Position numbers and translations under genes: made by a program. Below the pieces are notes generated by a model. The model saw only the letters and a program-made list of their open reading frames with translations, had not been told where the DNA came from and did not search any database. DNA of 64,000 nt from Acidimicrobiia bacterium (GTDB lineage: Bacteria; Actinomycetota; Acidimicrobiia; Spongiisociales; UBA5794): positions 2,566 to 66,565 of the forward strand of contig BTQL01000006.1 of NCBI GenBank assembly GCA_036985855.1, given 5' to 3'. Positions 15,078 through 24,524 of the stretch are shown in pieces (position 1 is the stretch's first letter; each line of letters begins with the position of its first letter).

Positions 15078-18006
15078 GACCACGTTACAACTCGAGACAC
15101 GCATCGATCCACGGGATTGGGAGTCGCACAAAGAGCTCGCCGATAACCCTCAGATTGTCGTTGGTGGTCCGGGAACGGGGAAGACACAGTTCCTCTGTGA
15201 TCGAGCGGCCCACGCCATCGACTCGGGTGCCGTCTCACCGCACGAAGTCATCGTCCTCACCTTCTCGAGACAAGGTGCCAACGACATCCGTGCAAGGTTG
15301 TTCGATGTCCTCGGTGCCGAGTCCTATCGCGTGAACGTTTCGACCTACCACTCTCTCGCGATGCGTATCGTCGAAACGAACGCCACCACCCTCGGCTGGT
15401 CCGAGCCGCCCTCGGTACTCGCCGGGTCCGAACAGGAATACTTCATCCTTGATCTTCTCGCGGATGAACAACCAGATCGATGGCATGTCGCGTACCAGAA
15501 AATTCTCCACTCGAGCGTGATGGCGGCCGAGGTCACCGACTTCATCCTGCGATGCCACGAACACCTGATCGGACCGGCGGATCTCGCCGGCCACGACAGG
15601 GACCAGTGGCGTGGGATACCCGAGTTCTTCGACCGGTACCTGCTCGCGCAGATCGAAGCAGGTCGGACGGACTACGGTCGGATCCTTGCTGATGCTGTGT
15701 CTGCCGTCGAGACGATTCCCGAAGTGGCCGCTCCATACAAACTCGTGATCGCCGATGAATACCAGGACACCTCCCCCGCCCAATCACGACTCCTTGTCGG
15801 GCTGTCTGCGAACACGCTCAACCTCGTTGTGGCTGCAGATCCGTATCAGTCGATCTACTCGTTCCGGGGCACAGACATCTACAACGTCTTTACCTTCCCC
15901 CAGGACACCGAGTCGTCACTCGGCTCCCGGGCCGAGCGCATCGTATTGACCACGTCGTTCCGGGTTCCGTCCGAAATCCTGTCGTCGGCCGTCGCCGTCA
16001 CGGCGAGAGAGCTCCCAGGGGGCGCCGGCAAGGTACTCAGCACTCGCACCGGAGGGACAGTGCAAGCGCACATCTTCTCATTCGATGCGGAGGAGGCCGA
16101 CTGGATCGCCGCCGACATCGAACACGTCCACCTTGCCGAAGGCGTTCCGCTCGAACAGATAGCGGTGTTTATGCGAACCGACTCGTCGTTCACGGATGAG
16201 CTCTCCCGGGCGCTCGAGCGAAGGGAGACCCCCCACACGCACGAAGAGTCCCGGCTGGCAGATCAGCCGATCGTTCGTTTCGTCCGCGACCTGGTCACCG
16301 GCGCAACGTCGGATGAAGAAGCAGACGCGGCGATCAGACGGGTGCTTCAGAGCCCGTACATCGCTGTTTCGCCGGGTTCCATCACTGGTATGGATGCAAG
16401 GCGAGCGGCAGGTGACCGATGGGAACTGATCATCGAGTCCACCGTTCCAGATGGTGGACCGCTCGCCGCACTGCTCACCGACCCCACCTGGGCGACCGGC
16501 ATGCCGGCGCCGGACGGGCTGTGGCACCTCTGGAGCACGCTCCCATGGCTCACAGCCATCGCCACTGACGACACACATATCGAAGACAGGAGAGCGTGGT
16601 CGGCATTCGCCCAGGCGCTCGACAGGCTCGGAAAACGCGACGCTAACGCGACGCTGATCGACCACGAACGACTCGTCGGCCATTCAGACTTCGAAGCCGA
16701 CCCACTCTTCGAATTCAGACTTGGGGAGCAACGTGGTGTCACCGTCACGACGCTGCACCGCTCGAAGGGCACGTCTTTCGATGTTGTGTATATCGCCCAG
16801 GCGAACGAGGGTACGTTCCCGGATCTGCGAGCGACCGATTCCCTGCTCGGTTCAAGACACCTCAATCCCCATCTCCCCACCGATACTGCTTCATACAGGG
16901 CGTTCAGACTCGATGAGGAACGCCGCCTTGCCTACACCGCGATGACAAGGGCATCAGGGAGGGTCGTGTGGACCGCGACCGCTGCCCTGGACCCGGACGG
17001 GACTCGTCCGAGCCGATTCATGCCGCTCGTCGCGTCACTCACGGCTTCGGATCACGATACGACACCGCTGACGCACCGATCCTTCGAAGCGATGCTCCGG
17101 CGCACTCTCGGCGACCCCGAGTCGCTCGACGCTGACAGGCTTGCAGCCTCAGCCATATTGGCCACAGGACCCGAGCACGGGCTCGGTGAGCCGCTTGAAC
17201 GGTTCGGGACGAAACAGCACGGCCCGGATGGGGACCTGGTCCCTGAGAAACTGCGAATGTCACCGAGCCAGGCAAACAGCTTTCTCAATTGCCCGAGAAG
17301 GTACGCCGTTGATCGGTATCTCATGACGCAGTCAGAGGAAACGAGCTACATGCGTTTCGGTTCCCTCATCCACAAGGTCCTCGAGGATGCAGAGCGTGAC
17401 GCCTCAGAGGACGGGCGTGAGCGCGCGACCGCCAAGGATGCGATCGGCTGGCTTGACCGCGTATGGGACGAATACGGGTTCGGCGATGACGCCGTTGGGA
17501 GGGCATGGAGACGAAGAGCCGTTGGAATGCTCAACGACGTCTATCGGCTGTGGCCTTCATCCGCACGACCCGTCGGCTTCGAAACGGATCTCACCCTGAC
17601 GGTCGACGGCACACCGTGGTTCGGTAGGGCAGATCGGATCGAGGCGAAGGGATCAAGTGTCTTTGTGGTCGATTACAAGACGGGAAACCCGGTCACAAAG
17701 GCCGAAGCTGCGCAGTCGATCCAGCTCGGCTACTACGCGATGGCTGCTTCTGAGCATCCCGAGATCAGCCAACATGGTGAGGTCTCGGGAGCCGAGTTCT
17801 GGTATCCGAAGATCACGAACAAGAACTCCATCGGAACACGTGCCTTTGATCTGGCGAACCTCGATCTGGTCAGAGAGCAGATGGTTGAGGTGACGAACGC
17901 TATACGGGCCGAGCAGTTCACTCCAACACCGGGTCCCCAGTGTCAGTCCTGTCCGGTGGAACTCGTGTGTCCGGCACGGCTCGCCGGCGAGGAGGCGTTC
18001 GCATGA
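15064..18006 (+). CDS. adnA: Helicase-nuclease subunit AdnA-like (UvrD-like fold plus C-terminal RecB nuclease)
   Basis: Start trimmed to ATG 15064 (or 15070). Walker A VVGGPGTGKTQF, VIADEYQDTSP, and a C-terminal Cas4-like module (NCPRRY...VVDYKTGN, QLGYYAMA, CQSCPVELVCP). Stop overlaps the adnB ATG (ATGA). Confidence 0.8.
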   Translation: MPMPETTLQLETRIDPRDWESHKELADNPQIVVGGPGTGKTQFLCDRAAHAIDSGAVSPHEVIVLTFSRQGANDIRARLFDVLGAESYRVNVSTYHSLAMRIVETNATTLGWSEPPSVLAGSEQEYFILDLLADEQPDRWHVAYQKILHSSVMAAEVTDFILRCHEHLIGPADLAGHDRDQWRGIPEFFDRYLLAQIEAGRTDYGRILADAVSAVETIPEVAAPYKLVIADEYQDTSPAQSRLLVGLSANTLNLVVAADPYQSIYSFRGTDIYNVFTFPQDTESSLGSRAERIVLTTSFRVPSEILSSAVAVTARELPGGAGKVLSTRTGGTVQAHIFSFDAEEADWIAADIEHVHLAEGVPLEQIAVFMRTDSSFTDELSRALERRETPHTHEESRLADQPIVRFVRDLVTGATSDEEADAAIRRVLQSPYIAVSPGSITGMDARRAAGDRWELIIESTVPDGGPLAALLTDPTWATGMPAPDGLWHLWSTLPWLTAIATDDTHIEDRRAWSAFAQALDRLGKRDANATLIDHERLVGHSDFEADPLFEFRLGEQRGVTVTTLHRSKGTSFDVVYIAQANEGTFPDLRATDSLLGSRHLNPHLPTDTASYRAFRLDEERRLAYTAMTRASGRVVWTATAALDPDGTRPSRFMPLVASLTASDHDTTPLTHRSFEAMLRRTLGDPESLDADRLAASAILATGPEHGLGEPLERFGTKQHGPDGDLVPEKLRMSPSQANSFLNCPRRYAVDRYLMTQSEETSYMRFGSLIHKVLEDAERDASEDGRERATAKDAIGWLDRVWDEYGFGDDAVGRAWRRRAVGMLNDVYRLWPSSARPVGFETDLTLTVDGTPWFGRADRIEAKGSSVFVVDYKTGNPVTKAEAAQSIQLGYYAMAASEHPEISQHGEVSGAEFWYPKITNKNSIGTRAFDLANLDLVREQMVEVTNAIRAEQFTPTPGPQCQSCPVELVCPARLAGEEAFA

Positions 18007-21000
18007 TCCAGGAGTTTCGTGCGACCGATGAACAGCGTCTCATCATCTCGTACCCGGCGGAGCCGCTCCGTGTGGCAGCGGGTGCAGGCACGGGCAAGAC
18101 GACGACGATCGTGGAGCGAATCGCCCACCTCGTGCGCCGGGGTCTCGATCCGGCGAGGATCCTCGGTGTCACGTTCACCAACAAAGCAGCGGATGAGCTC
18201 AACAGACGAGTCCTCGCCGCTCTCGGACTCGTGGACGCAGACCGCGTTCCCGAGGTATCGACGTATCACGGTTTCGCAGCCTCGATACTCGACGAGTTCG
18301 GTGTCTACGTCGGATACAACCGTTCATCGATGCTCATGGACGAGGGCCACCGTTCCGAGCTCGCCGGTCGGGTGCTGCGAGACGTGGGAACGTCGGATCT
18401 GGACCTCACGTCCCTGCCCACCCGCCGCAGAGAGCTGCTCGATCTCGCGGCAACGATGACGGATAACCTGCTCAATACCGAAGAGATCAGAAGTTTCGCA
18501 CCATCGGGCCCGCACGGTTGCGAAACCTTCGTGGTCCCGGAAGTCTGGTTGAAGAGGCTCGCGTTGACCGACGCAGTCGAGCTGTACGAAGCCGAGAAAC
18601 GAAGGCTCGGCCTCATGGAATATGGGGATCTGATCCGTCTCGCGGTACGGGTCGTTCTGAACGCACCCGAGACGGCAGCTGAGATCGCTTCGCGATACGA
18701 CGCCGTCGTTCTCGACGAATACCAGGACACCGATCCGGCCCAGCGACGACTGCTCACCACACTCTTCTCCACGAAGGTACCCGTCGTGGCGGTCGGTGAC
18801 ACGGACCAGACGATCTACGAGTGGCGCGGTGCCTCGGCAGAGAACTTCTCCGCCTTCCCCCTCGACTTTCCCCGGAGCGACGGATCCGGCACAGAGACGC
18901 TTCCTCTCAGTGTGAACCGACGTTCGGACAGGCTCATCCTCGATCTTGCCAACGGAATTCATGACGAACTGCCCCATGTCGATGGTGCGCTCCCTCTCAC
19001 ACCTGTCGATGACGCCAGGTCTGGAGAGGTGATCACCGGCTGGTTCGGTAGAGAGGATGCTGAGGCGGAATGGATCGCGACGACCATCGAACACGAACAC
19101 GAATCGGGTACCGCCTGGAGCGATGTCGCCGTACTGTGCAGAAAACGTTCGCATTTCAAACCGATCATCGATGCACTCAAGACACAGGAGATCCCGTTCT
19201 CCGTCGCATCGATGGGACAACTCCTCGAAGTGGCTGAGATCGCAGACCTGCTCGCCTGGCTCAGGATCATCGACGACCCGAGCGACGAGATCTCTCTCCT
19301 GCGCATCTGGATGGGCGGACGATTCAGACTCGGCATGACATCGGTCGCGAGACTCCGTCGGTGGTGCAAACATGAACAAGGACGCACTCTGTTCGACGCT
19401 GCGATCAACCACAGAGAAGTGCCAGACCTCACGCAGGAAGCGAGCTGGCGGATCGCGACATTCCTTGCTCTCCATCGGAAACTCGCAGGCGACAGCCAGG
19501 TCTCACCGGTACCCGTCATAGTCGACGATGTCATCGACGAGCTCGGATTCTGGGACGAGGTTGCAGCCCTTGAACAGGGTCCGGGGCTCACGACGAAACT
19601 CAACCTGGGGAAGTTCACGGATCTCGCACAACGGTGGCGCCCGATAGAAGGCTCACCGACCCTGAGCGGGTTCCTGCGGTACCTCACGGCGCTCGACGAA
19701 TCAGGAAGGGCAGACGAGCTCGCTGCCGCTAGGCCCATTCAGTCAGACGCCGTCTCCGTCATGACCGTTCACGCCGCGAAGGGTCTCGAATGGGCCCACG
19801 TGTATGTCCCCGCGGTCGCGGATCAAGTGTTCCCTGCCCGGGCGATGGCCTTCGACAACCCCGACCACCTGGCCCAGATGCTGCCCTACGAGCTCAGGCT
19901 CAACAGCGACATCCACGCTTCGGCAGCAGCGGTGACCGGCGGGGAGCGCAAACAGATCCTGAAGGCAAGGCACCTCGACCAGGAATGGCGGCTCGCGTAT
20001 GTAGCTGTGACGAGGGCAGCGACACGCATCGTCCTGACCGGTCACGCGTGGGACGGAGGCATCAAGAAGCCACGTACTCCTTCTGCCCTGTGGCACATGG
20101 CGCATGACCTCGATGGCTCCACCGAAGGCCCCATGGAGACCGTGTCGGAGACGCGACCAGAAACCTCCCCATTCGTTGCACCCGTCACTCCACCTGATCC
20201 GCTCTTCGCAGAAGGCCCTGCCGCGGCCCTCAGACGAACCGTTCAAGAACCAGCCTGGATCGCCGAGCAGTATCCCGAGCTCGCCGCAGCGGTGAGGGAG
20301 AGGGTCGCACAGCTCGAGCTCGCTATCGATGACCTTGCGGAGCCCGCCGCAGTGGAACCGCCGCGTCGGTTCGCTGCTTCGGTAACGAACCTCGTGAACC
20401 TTGCATCGTGTGCCCAGAGGTTCAAGTGGATCCACCACGACCGGCTCCCGCAGAAGCCGCGTAGGTCCGCTGTGCTCGGTACGGCCTTCCATCGACGGAT
20501 CGAATTGCACAACCTTGGAGTGATCGCATTCGAGGATCCCGCCCCTGAGACATATGACGCCGACACAGACCCGGCCGATCAACCGGACCGATCCACGGAT
20601 CCGTGGCGACTGTTCCGTGCATCTCGCTATTGGAAAATGACGCCGAAACATGCGGAGGCACCGTTCGAGATCTCTGTGGGTGAAGGTTCGATCCGCGGCA
20701 AGGTTGACGCCATCTACGAACAGGAAGCCGGGGGTTGGGAGATCGTCGACTACAAGTCGGGCTACCACCGCGACGATCCCGCACGCAAGGTTCAGTTGGA
20801 GGCGTACGCCATTGCGGCCGCGGATGGTGCGCTGTCCGCAACACCGCCTGAGTCGATCGATGTCACCTTTGCATACTTCGGAGGCGACGAGCTCACCGAA
20901 GTCACAGACACCGTTGACGAGCAGTGGCTCGATCGCGCCCGCGAACACGTCGCAGGCCTTGTCGATCTCGGCATAAACGGTCCGTTCGATCCGCAACCTT

Positions 21001-21080
21001 CACCGGACTGCCGCTGGTGCGATTTCCTCCACCTCTGCCCGGCCGGGCAACGAGCGGTCAAGGAATCTCAGACAACTTGA
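18003..21080 (+). CDS. adnB: Helicase-nuclease subunit AdnB-like (UvrD/Rep motor plus RecB nuclease)
   Basis: AGAGTGKTTTIV, VVLDEYQDTDP, VMTVHAAKGLEW and YVAVTRA. C-terminal nuclease IVDYKSG, QLEAYAIA, CRWCDFLHLCP. Confidence 0.85.
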   Translation: MIQEFRATDEQRLIISYPAEPLRVAAGAGTGKTTTIVERIAHLVRRGLDPARILGVTFTNKAADELNRRVLAALGLVDADRVPEVSTYHGFAASILDEFGVYVGYNRSSMLMDEGHRSELAGRVLRDVGTSDLDLTSLPTRRRELLDLAATMTDNLLNTEEIRSFAPSGPHGCETFVVPEVWLKRLALTDAVELYEAEKRRLGLMEYGDLIRLAVRVVLNAPETAAEIASRYDAVVLDEYQDTDPAQRRLLTTLFSTKVPVVAVGDTDQTIYEWRGASAENFSAFPLDFPRSDGSGTETLPLSVNRRSDRLILDLANGIHDELPHVDGALPLTPVDDARSGEVITGWFGREDAEAEWIATTIEHEHESGTAWSDVAVLCRKRSHFKPIIDALKTQEIPFSVASMGQLLEVAEIADLLAWLRIIDDPSDEISLLRIWMGGRFRLGMTSVARLRRWCKHEQGRTLFDAAINHREVPDLTQEASWRIATFLALHRKLAGDSQVSPVPVIVDDVIDELGFWDEVAALEQGPGLTTKLNLGKFTDLAQRWRPIEGSPTLSGFLRYLTALDESGRADELAAARPIQSDAVSVMTVHAAKGLEWAHVYVPAVADQVFPARAMAFDNPDHLAQMLPYELRLNSDIHASAAAVTGGERKQILKARHLDQEWRLAYVAVTRAATRIVLTGHAWDGGIKKPRTPSALWHMAHDLDGSTEGPMETVSETRPETSPFVAPVTPPDPLFAEGPAAALRRTVQEPAWIAEQYPELAAAVRERVAQLELAIDDLAEPAAVEPPRRFAASVTNLVNLASCAQRFKWIHHDRLPQKPRRSAVLGTAFHRRIELHNLGVIAFEDPAPETYDADTDPADQPDRSTDPWRLFRASRYWKMTPKHAEAPFEISVGEGSIRGKVDAIYEQEAGGWEIVDYKSGYHRDDPARKVQLEAYAIAAADGALSATPPESIDVTFAYFGGDELTEVTDTVDEQWLDRAREHVAGLVDLGINGPFDPQPSPDCRWCDFLHLCPAGQRAVKESQTT

Positions 21081-21523
21081 CCGTCGACGGTGTCCAGAAC
21101 GATCGTCACAGGCCCATCGTTTACAAGCTCGACCTCCATGTGCGCGCCGAACGCGCCTTCGGCAACATTGACTCCGTGCTGTCTCAGTCCCCGGCAGACC
21201 GCATCGATGAGCGCAGCGGCGTCCTCGGGTTGCGCGGCATTCGTGAAGGACGGGCGTCTCCCCCTGCGAACGTTTCCTTGCAGCGTGAACTGGCTCACCA
21301 CAAGGACGCTGCCCTCGATGTCGACCACCGACGTGTTCATCTTGTTCGCATCGTCCCCGAACACTCGCAGGCCTGCGACCTTGTGCACGACCGCGTCGAC
21401 ATCGGCGATGGCATCACCAACGGCGACACCGACAAGGAGTAGCAGACCCTGGCCTATCTCACCGACGATTGCCCCGTCAACGATCACACGAGCCTCTGAA
21501 ACCCTCTGGATGACCGTTCGCAC
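21068..21523 (-). CDS. dtd: D-aminoacyl-tRNA deacylase
   Basis: Trimmed to GTG 21523 (VRTVIQRVSEARV...). SQFTLQGNVRRGRRPSF and the C-terminal NDGPVT motif are typical of Dtd. Confidence 0.88.
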   Translation of the reverse strand: MRTVIQRVSEARVIVDGAIVGEIGQGLLLLVGVAVGDAIADVDAVVHKVAGLRVFGDDANKMNTSVVDIEGSVLVVSQFTLQGNVRRGRRPSFTNAAQPEDAAALIDAVCRGLRQHGVNVAEGAFGAHMEVELVNDGPVTIVLDTVDGQVV

Positions 21524-21652
21524 TGCATCTCCACGGTTGTCTGGAAAGCCGAACCTACACTCGCTGCGATGATTCGGTCGGTCCTCACGCCGACCGGACG
21601 ACCCGGGTGACATGCTGACCGTCTCGATCGTTCGCACCCACCAGTCGGTTCG

Positions 21653-22747
21653 TCAACGCACCGCGATAACGCATGCCGCGACCAGTTCGTCCAACCGATC
21701 TCCGGCTATTCCGGCGTCGGACAACACCACACGAGCGGCTCCCGCGGCGGGATCCTCCGCCTCTGGATGTTTCGGTCTCGCTTGATTCTGCAAATGCATC
21801 GGGGCTTCTGATATCCGGAGTATCGGAGTGACGCAGGCATCCGTGCCGTCAAAGACACGTTGCCAGTGGTCCGAGTCCTCGGATGCGAAGACGGCTGAGA
21901 ACCGAGCGCTGAGGTCGAGCCAATTCGCGGGATCGAACCGATTCGGCAGCTCGTCCTCGACGATGCCGAGGCCCGAAACGAACGCTGTGTAGAAAGCTGG
22001 TTCAAGGGCGCCAACGGCCATGAATCGGTCGTCCGATGTTCGGTAGGTCCGGTAGAACGGTGCTCCCCCGTCGAGCATGTTCGAAGAACGTTGCTCGACC
22101 CACATACCGACTCCAGCGATGTCCCGGATGGGCTCCATGAGCGACGTCACGCCGTCGATCATGGCGACATCGATGACCCGACCTCGCCCCGTCCTGCTTC
22201 GCTCCACGAGTGCGGAGAGGATTCCGACCACAGCGAACATCGAGCCACCCGCGTAGTCACCGAGCAGGTTGAGCGGCGGAATAGGTTGGTTCTGCCCGCC
22301 GATCGCCGCGAGGGCACCGGTGAGGCCGATGTAGTTGATATCGTGACCGGCCATATCAGCGTACGGACCATCCTGACCCCACCCCGTCAGCCGCGCATAT
22401 ATGAGCCCTCGATTCGATTCCTCGAATCGCTCGGGGCCGACGCCGAGACGCTCGGCTACGCCCGGCCTGAAACCTTCGAGCACTACGTCGGCAGTGTTGA
22501 TCAGCGATCGGGCGACCTCCTGGCCTTCATCGGACTTGAGGTCGATCGGGATCGTTGTGCGGCCCCGCACGCCGAGGTTCGCAAGCCCATCGGGCAAGGC
22601 ACCGCTTCGACCGGACAGCCGATCGATCCGTACGATCTCGCATCCGAGGTCGGCGAGCATCGTGCATGCAAACGGCCCTGGTCCTATGCCGGCCAGCTCG
22701 ATGACACGGTGACCTACCAGGGGACCAGCGGCCCTGCCGTTGGTCAC
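21653..22747 (-). CDS. Family III CoA-transferase (CaiB/BaiF; alpha-methylacyl-CoA racemase-like)
   Basis: GPLVGHRVIELAGIGPGPFACTMLADLGCEIVRIDR. Start set at GTG 22747, which overlaps the stop of the upstream gene (GTGA). Confidence 0.85.
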   Translation of the reverse strand: MTNGRAAGPLVGHRVIELAGIGPGPFACTMLADLGCEIVRIDRLSGRSGALPDGLANLGVRGRTTIPIDLKSDEGQEVARSLINTADVVLEGFRPGVAERLGVGPERFEESNRGLIYARLTGWGQDGPYADMAGHDINYIGLTGALAAIGGQNQPIPPLNLLGDYAGGSMFAVVGILSALVERSRTGRGRVIDVAMIDGVTSLMEPIRDIAGVGMWVEQRSSNMLDGGAPFYRTYRTSDDRFMAVGALEPAFYTAFVSGLGIVEDELPNRFDPANWLDLSARFSAVFASEDSDHWQRVFDGTDACVTPILRISEAPMHLQNQARPKHPEAEDPAAGAARVVLSDAGIAGDRLDELVAACVIAVR

Positions 22748-23670
22748 AGTGACCCGACCCGGCTGATGACAAGCTGGAAGAACCGATCGGCATCGACATC
22801 CGTCATGACCATCGCGTTGGGCTCCTGGCCATCCACCTCGTACGTATTGCCCATCGATGTTTCGTTCACGTGGTCGACAGCCACATGTGCGGCATGGCCG
22901 CTGAACAGGGTTGGATCGACCAGGTACGCGACCGCACACGGATCGTGCAACGGTGCGCCAGGCATGTCGAACTTGTCAACGTCGTACCGCTCGTAGAACC
23001 GCAACATACCCACTGCCGCCGAAGAGATCGGCGTCCCGAACCGTTCGAGCGCTTCAACGTGTCTGGGAAGCATCAACGCCTTGTGCGTGACATCGAGAGG
23101 AAATACCGTGATGGGCGCCCCCGACGTGAATACGACGTGGGCGGCGTGCGGATCGACGTAGGCATTGAACTCGGCCAACTCTGTCGTGTTTCCTCCTTCG
23201 TCGAATGCGCCACCCATCCAGACGATCTCTCTGATCTTGGAAACGATCGATGGTTCCTTGACGATCGCCATGCCGATGTTGGTCAAAGGCCCGATCGGGC
23301 ACAGCGTGACAGAACCATCGTCCGAAGCCAGGCAGCGATCGATGAGCGCATCGACAGCGTGTTGCGGCTCGGGCCCGACAGAAGATGTTGGGAGCTCTGC
23401 GCCATCGACACCGGTTGCGCCGTGAACGTGTTCGGCGGTGACGAGGTGCCGCAGCATCGGACGTTCACACCCGCGGTAGACGGGCACGTCCTCGCGACCT
23501 GCAAGTGCGAGCAGACCGAGCGAGTTGTTCGTGACGAGTGGCTGAGGGACGTTGCCTGCGACGGTCGTCACAGCATCAAGTTGCAACTCGTCTGATCCGA
23601 GCGCGAGCAGCAGAGCAATGGCATCGTCCTGGCCCGGGTCGGTATCAAGGATGAGCGTTCGTCTCGTCAC
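22744..23670 (-). CDS. Nucleoside hydrolase (IUNH family)
   Basis: N-terminal LILDTDPGQDDAIALLLAL (DxDxxxDD motif). GTG start at 23670 overlaps the ribokinase stop (GTGA). Confidence 0.88.
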   Translation of the reverse strand: MTRRTLILDTDPGQDDAIALLLALGSDELQLDAVTTVAGNVPQPLVTNNSLGLLALAGREDVPVYRGCERPMLRHLVTAEHVHGATGVDGAELPTSSVGPEPQHAVDALIDRCLASDDGSVTLCPIGPLTNIGMAIVKEPSIVSKIREIVWMGGAFDEGGNTTELAEFNAYVDPHAAHVVFTSGAPITVFPLDVTHKALMLPRHVEALERFGTPISSAAVGMLRFYERYDVDKFDMPGAPLHDPCAVAYLVDPTLFSGHAAHVAVDHVNETSMGNTYEVDGQEPNAMVMTDVDADRFFQLVISRVGSL

Positions 23671-24524
23671 TGCGGCTTCCTGACTTCTCGTTGCATGTCC
23701 GAACGTGTTGGCATCGCGGTCCTCGCTCCGACCCGTGTCGTTGCGAGCGCTCCCGCGCATGTTGCCCATCTCACTGCATCGAGGACATCTTCGCCGCGAT
23801 CGAGAGCCTCTGCGAACGCACCGCAGAACGTGTCTCCTGCACCGGTCGTGTCGACCACATCGACCACGGGTGCCGCCACGAGTACCGTCTCACGGCCCAT
23901 CGTCACAGAAGCCCCTTCCGCACCGAGGGTCGTGATGACGATCGGGACGCTGCTCTCGACGCGCCCCTCGAGCACGACCGAACGTTCGTGCTCATTGACG
24001 ATGAGCACATCGATCTGATCGATGAGTGATGGCGGAAGCTCGACAGCAGGCGCTGCGTTGACGATCACGGTTCCCGAGGCGATGGTTGCTGCGTCGATCA
24101 CAGTTTCGATTGGCACCTCGAGCTGCATGAGCACGATGTCGGCCCGTTCGAGGAGGGCTCGAGAATCGACGGTCAGCGAAAGCAGGCCGTTTGCACCGGG
24201 GTGCACCGCGATCGTGTTCTCGCCAGTGCTGTCGACGGTGATGAGCGCGATGCCCGATGTCGAACCAGCCTCGGTCTGCAGTGCATCAACGGCGACTCCC
24301 TCGGCGACGAGAGCAGCCCGTAGTCTTCCAGATTCGCTGTCATCACCAACTGAGGCGATGAGAGCAACGTCACCGCCAAGGCGTGCAGCAGCGACTGCTT
24401 GATTCGCGCCCTTGCCGCCGTCAACCGTCGTGAAGTCGGTCGCCGGCACGGTCTCACCCCGCCGAGGCAATTGTCGAACCGAGGCTACGAGATCGATGTT
24501 CACCGATCCGACGACAGCGATCAT
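23667..24524 (-). CDS. rbsK: Ribokinase
   Basis: 285 aa. GGKGANQAVAAARLG and the C-terminal DTTGAGDTFCGAF PfkB signatures. Confidence 0.9.
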   Translation of the reverse strand: MIAVVGSVNIDLVASVRQLPRRGETVPATDFTTVDGGKGANQAVAAARLGGDVALIASVGDDSESGRLRAALVAEGVAVDALQTEAGSTSGIALITVDSTGENTIAVHPGANGLLSLTVDSRALLERADIVLMQLEVPIETVIDAATIASGTVIVNAAPAVELPPSLIDQIDVLIVNEHERSVVLEGRVESSVPIVITTLGAEGASVTMGRETVLVAAPVVDVVDTTGAGDTFCGAFAEALDRGEDVLDAVRWATCAGALATTRVGARTAMPTRSDMQREVRKPQ

